A stretch of DNA of 64,000 bases. Origin: Alphaproteobacteria bacterium. Its GTDB lineage: Bacteria; Pseudomonadota; Alphaproteobacteria; Bin95. The notes beneath the pieces are model-generated. The model was not told where the DNA came from. It made no database searches and was given only the letters and a program-made list of their open reading frames with translations. The DNA lies in contig CAXXWS020000002.1 of assembly GCA_963665325.3 (NCBI GenBank), positions 640,001 through 704,000 on the forward strand, in the 5' to 3' direction. A program made the position numbers and the translations under genes. Of the stretch, positions 57,690-64,000 are shown in pieces; the first letter of the stretch is position 1; each line of letters begins with the position of its first letter.

Positions 57690-60600
57690 ATGAACATCCG
57701 TACCTTGTTCGGCATATCGGCGGCACTACTCGGTATGCTCCCGATTCAACTGTCACATGCCTATACAGTTCCCGATTCGTTAGTAAACACAGTCAGATAC
57801 TATTACGAATCCAATAAAAACAAATCTCCGACATATGGATGCAATTGGTTTCGCGTACTTATCGCATATGGAGACAAGGAAGCCGGGCATTGGCCTGGCG
57901 GAGGCAGTTGCAGTCTGGTGCCATATACCGTCGCAGAAGCAAAAGCATCTGAATACCAATGGAATGGCTGGACACCCATTCGCGAATCTCTGGAAAAGAT
58001 TGAAGCTGCCCCCCCCCCCCCCGCAGCCTAAGCCCCAACAGGCACAATCTAATACTCCCGTGCCAGAGTTTATTATCACTGGCGGCGGGCAAACAATAAC
58101 AGAAGGTGGATCGGTTACCTTCTATATAAACAAATCAAACACTGCTACTATGACTGGATCGATCACACTCAATATCACCATCACTGGCGGCGATGACTTT
58201 GTACCCAGTAATACCCTAACCGTAATTGTACCCAGTTCCGGTTCCAAATCTTTTACCGTTAATACAGTTCAGGATAGTGTGGATGACCCGGATTCTTCTG
58301 TTGTTACCGTTGCATTGGCAACTGGAACGGGATACACTATCAACAGCCTTTTGAATTCAGTCACATTTACGGTTCAGGATGATGATGCAGTAACGACCCC
58401 CATTCCTCCAAAAACCGTGAACCCCAAGAATTATTGTAACTTCAATACACATTCATATGCTGAAGAAAACATTTGTGTTTATTTAACACTCTCATCCAAT
58501 TCCAGTTCGATAATAGACGAAGGTGATGCGATAACCGCGACAGTATATACTGATAGGAATGTAAAGGATTTCAATGGACTCACTATCAATATCGCTATTG
58601 CCGACAACAACGGATATATAAACGGTGTAGTCCCGAGCTCTATCCATATCCCCCGCTTCAAAGGCAAGGCAACATTTACACTGAATACAGAAGATGATAA
58701 TATAGACGAAAACGATGGTGTGATTAAGGTCAGTATTTCTCCGGGAGCGGGTTATTTATTGACAGATGACGGACGCAATGAATTTGAAATTAATGTGCGT
58801 GACAACGATATAGGCCCGCCTCCGGTAATTACCATCAGCAGTCTTGGCGATATTACGGAAGGCAATCAGGCCAGATTCAATGTCGTGGCAACGCCCACTC
58901 CAAAAGGTCCTGTTGTGGTATATTACACGGTATCTCGCACAGGAGACTTTGACAATTATGGCGGCAAAGTCTATCTGAAAGCTATTACCAAATACGATAC
59001 ATTATTGTCCTTGGATACCGTAAACGACGCTGCAGATGAGCCCGACGGTTCCATCACTGTCACACTACAGGAAGACGATGAAGACGGATACGACTTGTCG
59101 GCCTATTATACATTATCCTCAACTAAAGCGGCTACCGTTGCAGTCAAAGATGATGATCTTTCAGAAGCAAACAAACTGGTTGAGAATGCCTGCGTTTCCG
59201 ACGCCATGAAAAACCGTGTAAAATACTACATCTCTGAAGTCCGCAGAGGCGCCGCCCATGTGTTGAAATGGAAAAATGCATTAAACATCCTCAGCGGTAA
59301 TGATAGCACCAAGGCGTTGGAAGATTTGCGAATCAGTGCCAAAGCCCAAAAAGATAGAGGCTGGTCGAGATGGGATGAAATTCATAAAGCGGTTGTCTGT
59401 ATGCAAGGTGCTTCTGGTGAACCCGTACTTGTGTTGGCAAGCGATGGCAATATTGTTACCGAAGGCAATACCGCTTCGGTAACGGTGAGTGGGTCACTGG
59501 CTTTCAGTTCCCCAACCGATATAGCGCTGTATATTAGCGGTGACTTCGTGACTGACAGTCCTCTGACATGTCAATTCCCCGCCGGTCAAACTGCACATGC
59601 ATGCGCAATAGTCACGAACGCAGCTAATGGCACCATAGATGCCGATGGCACTTTCAAAGTGGAGTTGAAGCCTGGAGCAGGATATATACTCGGCGATACA
59701 AATATCGTCAACATACCAGTTGCCGATGCCGACACCCCTACAATCACCATAAAGCAGATACCTGGCTCGGACGTTGTCACGGAAGGTGGGACGGCGAGCT
59801 TCAATTTTTATACTACCGATACCAGTAAGGCATCTTCTGTGAAGGTGAAGATTGTGGATGGCGCAAACTTTGTCTCCAGCGGCCAGGCTGGAACCAGAAC
59901 GGTGAATGTAGGTCCCGGCGGCGACGGAGGAGTTGGCAGTATAAGTGACCCATCAGTTTTAACCGTAGTTACCGACAATGATAGCGTTCCTGAATCCCCG
60001 AGCAGGATTACCGCTACTATTCAGCAAGGTTCTGGTTACAGGGTAGGCGCGGTTTATACTACCCGTGTCGCAGTCCAGGATGACTCAGATGGTGGCAGCC
60101 GCCATAACGTGAATAGCTATTATCTTGAAGGCTGCGATGAGGATCACCAGAACTGTAACCTGGTGGAATCTGAGACATTCACTTCGGCGGAATGTTTTAC
60201 AGCTCAATCAGTCCGAAAAAACAAATATGTGTTGCCGAGTGCCACTACCATTGAAAACAGCGCATATACTCTGAATCAGATCCGCGGCGCAGGCAGCGCC
60301 GTCGACTACGGCAAGCGTCCTACAGGCAGTCCGCACTTCCCCGCAAACAGAACGAAGTATGCGGCGGAGTTCGTTTATCCCGACGGCAAGGACTACTTCT
60401 CGGAGGACGAAGAAGTAACCGTGCGGTTTTATGTGGCAAACTATAATCCCAACTACCCGAATAGAGATGACAACTATGAGCAACCCACAGAAGGCTATCT
60501 ATGCTCGAAGGATAAAAACGGGACTATCAAGAAGGATTCCCGCTGGGTAAACGATTGGAAATGGGGTCCGGGTGGAGTCCAGGCTCCCGCGAGCCAACCT

Positions 60601-63600
60601 ACCGACTTTGCATCCACATATGAAAGCGGCCCGGATGGGGTCATAAAAGTCCATCCTGTTCCCAAGGACACGTTGATAGATTTCACCGGCGGGTACGGTG
60701 TGCCCATGAACCAGAACCATATAAAATTTCTCGTCACCGGAACCAGCGGCGTTGTTCGCCCTGTTGGTCTTCACGACTTGCACTTCAGTCCCGGCGATCT
60801 ATACAAGGATTACAAGTTTGTTGTAGGCGCCAACTGCCGTAGAGACGGTACGCTACCGCCTCAGGATCGCATAACAAACTTCAATAATAACTATGATGAC
60901 GGAAATAAATACTTCCGTCATGGCAGATGGGATTATACAGGCGACAATACCTTCAGAGACCCTGTAGGGGTGTATATCAGCGATCAGAGGAACTATTCAT
61001 GCGAAACAGGCGAAGCGTACGGCACTTCATGTAGCGGCAATTCCGGTTATGGAACTCCTATCTATTGCATGAAGCCTGATGACCAAGGACAAGTCACTCT
61101 AAGCAGCTTTGGCGTTTCAGGTAATGGCGGTTCCTGGGCTGGGAACAATCTGAAAGCGAAAATCAGGCCCAAGGCGGCCGGTGAAGATGCTTTTGTTGTC
61201 GAGGGATATGTCAAGAGGATCACAGAAGGCCATCCACTGACGTATTTTATTACGACCCATGATGGCCAGGAGCCCAAGCAGGGGGGAACAATTCATCTGA
61301 AGGCAACTGCTGTTGCCGGCGGAGCGCCGTTTGAGAACGATCAGAAAACCAAGGTTGTTGACATTCCAATAACCATTGGTAATGGCTGGTTTAGCCGCGC
61401 GGCTCCATATAACGGAGGTTTTATGTTTCAGGATTTCCTTACGGATGATGACAGTAAGAATGAAGGCGACTCTATTGTCAGGCTTGAAGTGGCCGAAGGT
61501 AACGAGTTCCCAATAAGATTTGCGAATGGTGAAGGTTACTTTGAATATACGGTGCTCGATAATGAAGCCGTCACCCTTAATTCGACATTGACCAACAACG
61601 GTATTTCCGAAACCAGCGGAACGGCGACACTGACCGTTAAGCTGCCGGAAGGAACTGTTGATGGCGATGATGCAGATATGATAGTGGATATTCTTCCGGC
61701 ACCCTATACATATTTCCACAATCATATCGACTGGACAGATCCCAGTGGTAATGGCGACAAGAGGCAAACGGCCACAATAGAAGCGACGGGTTGCGCGAGT
61801 GCTGTTCCCGCAACTGAAGCGGCTCCATATTTCAGATGTGTAGTATCCGCCTCCACCGCGGCGCAGTCGCTAACCTTTACATTCAGGGCACTGCCGCAGG
61901 GTGATGAATCGGATGACCGGAATCCAGGTCACACATATGATTTGGGCTTCCATGTAGGGCATTACCAGGAAGCGCAAAGCCTGCAACCGCAGTATGAGAT
62001 AACGGGCACAAGAGACGAATACAAGACGCTGGACGGTGTACTGTCGGTAGCAGGTGACGGAACAGACTTTACTGGGGCCAATGCAATCAAGGTACAGTCG
62101 GTTCCCGGTATTTTCGGCAACACTGGCATTGATAGCATCGTAATGGGCGCTTTCAAAGGCAACTATGGCGATGGCCAAATACCTTCCGATGCAACGCCGC
62201 TTGCCAATATAACGTTCTCGGAACCCGCTTCGAATGATGAAAGCCTCTTGAACAATGGCGATACGGTATATATCGCTTTCAAGAGAACATCGTCTAATCC
62301 GGAACAGTCTAAAGTGGTATCTACGACCTTCGATGTAGCTTTCAATCATGGGACAGCGATACCGGGCAAGGATTTCAGGGTATATTCATACGATCCCCGA
62401 AAATATTGCAAGGGTAGCGCCAGTTTCACGACCAACGCTCAAGGCCGGGTGATTGCCCAATGCGATGGTACATGGAGCACGGATACCAGAGACTGGCATT
62501 CATATGATTATGGTAGAGGCGTGAGCAACAGCATAGGCGATAGGGTTACGGTGGGAAGGTCTCTCAATGAGTGGGTTGTGGGTTTCAAACTGGTGCCCAT
62601 GAGGGATAATCTGGATGAAACTGCTGAAACTGTGATCGGGAGGTTTTTCAGAAAATCTATATCGTCTGCTAAAGGTGTATATCACTCACATTATACAAAG
62701 CTGCAAGGCGAAGTAAATGCAACTCTCGAAAATGCAGGTGCGGGTACCGTCCAAAACATAAGTAATGTGCAAGTAACTATACCTGATGTCACAGCACCAG
62801 AAGGCACACCGACAAAGTTTACCATGACGGTAAACTTCCCAAGTAATCAAAATGGCTGCCTTACCAGTAAACTGGATACGGATGCGCTTTGGGCATATCC
62901 TACCTTTTTGCAACCTGCTGTTGCTGGAAAGGCGCATGTTGGCAAACTGGTAAATCAGGGAGATTTTCTGATTGGTAATACTGCTACCGATAATGGACTA
63001 CAGTCGAATTCACACAGGTTTGCAGATACACGTTTCAAAATCTGTAGCACCAATACAAAGAAGGCCATTACCAGAGACTTTTACATATACGCACATTCTG
63101 ACGGGATAAATGATAATGGCGAAACGGCTAAATTGAAATTACAGGTGCCAAGCTATACTTCCGGTGGTAAGAAGTACGACAATAAAGTGACGGTAACGAA
63201 CGGAACATTGACCATTACCAATGATGGCCCGCTTCCTAAGGAGTGGATTGCGAGGTTCGGTCATGTCGTAGCCAGTGAAACGGTGGAAGCGGTGTCGGAC
63301 AGGGTAAGGGCGGACAGGAAGCCCGGTAGCAGCAGTCTTTCATTCGGAGCAATGCCTGGCGAAGAAGTGGCTATCACACAGGGTTCGGAAATAGTCGAGG
63401 GCTCTTCTTTCCATATAACCAGTGCCGAAAGGGATGGAGCCACATTGTCCGCATGGGGCAAGGTTTCCACATCCTCATTCGACGCCAGTGTAACCGACAT
63501 GGATCTGGATAGTGATAATACCCACGCAATGTTGGGTATTGATTATGCCGCAGGTTCATGGCTGGTCGGTGTTGGAGTCGGCTTGCATAATGGTGAGGGA

Positions 63601-64000
63601 GGAGCCGAAATGCTTGGTGAGGCTCTGGTATATGACATCGAAAGCAAGGTATCGAATGTCTTTCCATACGGGTCGATTACGGTGGGCAGCACAAAGGTGT
63701 GGTCGACGATCGGTTACGGTACCGGTGAAATCAGTATAAGACAGGAGTTGGGCAGTGGTGAAAAGAGTGACCTGGGAACTGCCGATACGGAATGGTGGAT
63801 GGCGGCTACAGGGCTCCGCTCGACGATGTTCGATGCCAAACATTACAGTATGGCAATTGTTGGCGATGTATTCTGGACCTCAATCGAATCTGGCGAGGGT
63901 GCTGGATATAGGGCGGCAGAGGCGGAGTCACACCGTGAAAGATTGGGTCTGGAAGTGGATATGGACTTTGACAGATTGTCATTTACCCCGTCGATATTTG
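57690..64000 (+). CDS. giant secreted Calx-beta-like repeat adhesin with a C-terminal autotransporter-like barrel; frameshifted at poly-C; partial
   Basis: Signal peptide MNIRTL...LSHA. The frame stops at 58031, but hand translation of the frame starting at 58021 shows no stop to the window end. Repeated (I/V)TEG...D.DE.DG...G.GY...V.DDD modules, then NDGPLPKEWIARFG and barrel strands (WGK, LGIDY, WLVGVG, FPY, W...GYGTG). Confidence 0.88.
58009..58022 (+). repeat. C14 homopolymer tract
   Basis: Fourteen consecutive C at 58009-58022; C13 or C16 would join the two reading frames. Confidence 0.92.

Larger units (their letters stand above)
54640..64000. mobile_element. integrative element / genomic island (right end beyond the window)
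   Basis: Begins where tauD is cut; contains two tyrosine integrases, decayed gene fragments and a sharp GC drop after about 57570. Confidence 0.75.

Noticed and set aside
58479-63843. Short ORFs listed in the low-GC region
   Set aside because: All are off-frame or antisense to the single long plus-strand reading frame.
1-64000. tRNA, rRNA, CRISPR arrays or IS transposases
   Set aside because: None were recognised by eye; intergenic spaces are short and no regularly spaced repeats were seen.

Overview
High-GC chromosomal region of an Alphaproteobacterium, judged from the pckA / chvI-chvG-hprK-rapZ-EIIA-HPr-ahcY core block. Accessory genes suggest a host-associated, possibly sponge-symbiont lineage (inference). 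Most of the window is catabolic: acyl-CoA dehydrogenases, flavin monooxygenases, a TRAP transporter, a box-type aerobic benzoyl-CoA epoxidation cluster, a hydantoinase/oxoprolinase, a GMC oxidoreductase, a sulfatase and a taurine-type ABC transporter. Several features are missed by the ORF track. (1) A UGSC-type selenoprotein with an in-frame TGA and a SECIS-like hairpin lies behind a CxxC thioredoxin-domain partner. (2) The box cluster has no canonical BoxA but has an adrenodoxin-reductase-type FNR plus a flavodoxin; its promoters look leaderless and bidirectional, with a repeated BoxR-like operator. (3) A GT2 gene is split by a lower-GC FkbM/GT25 insert. (4) From about 54640 an integrative element truncates a tauD-like gene, encodes two tandem intact tyrosine integrases, and carries a low-GC Calx-beta-like autotransporter of over 2100 aa that is out of frame at a C14 tract (candidate phase variation). 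All calls come from reading the sequence by eye; no database searches were run.
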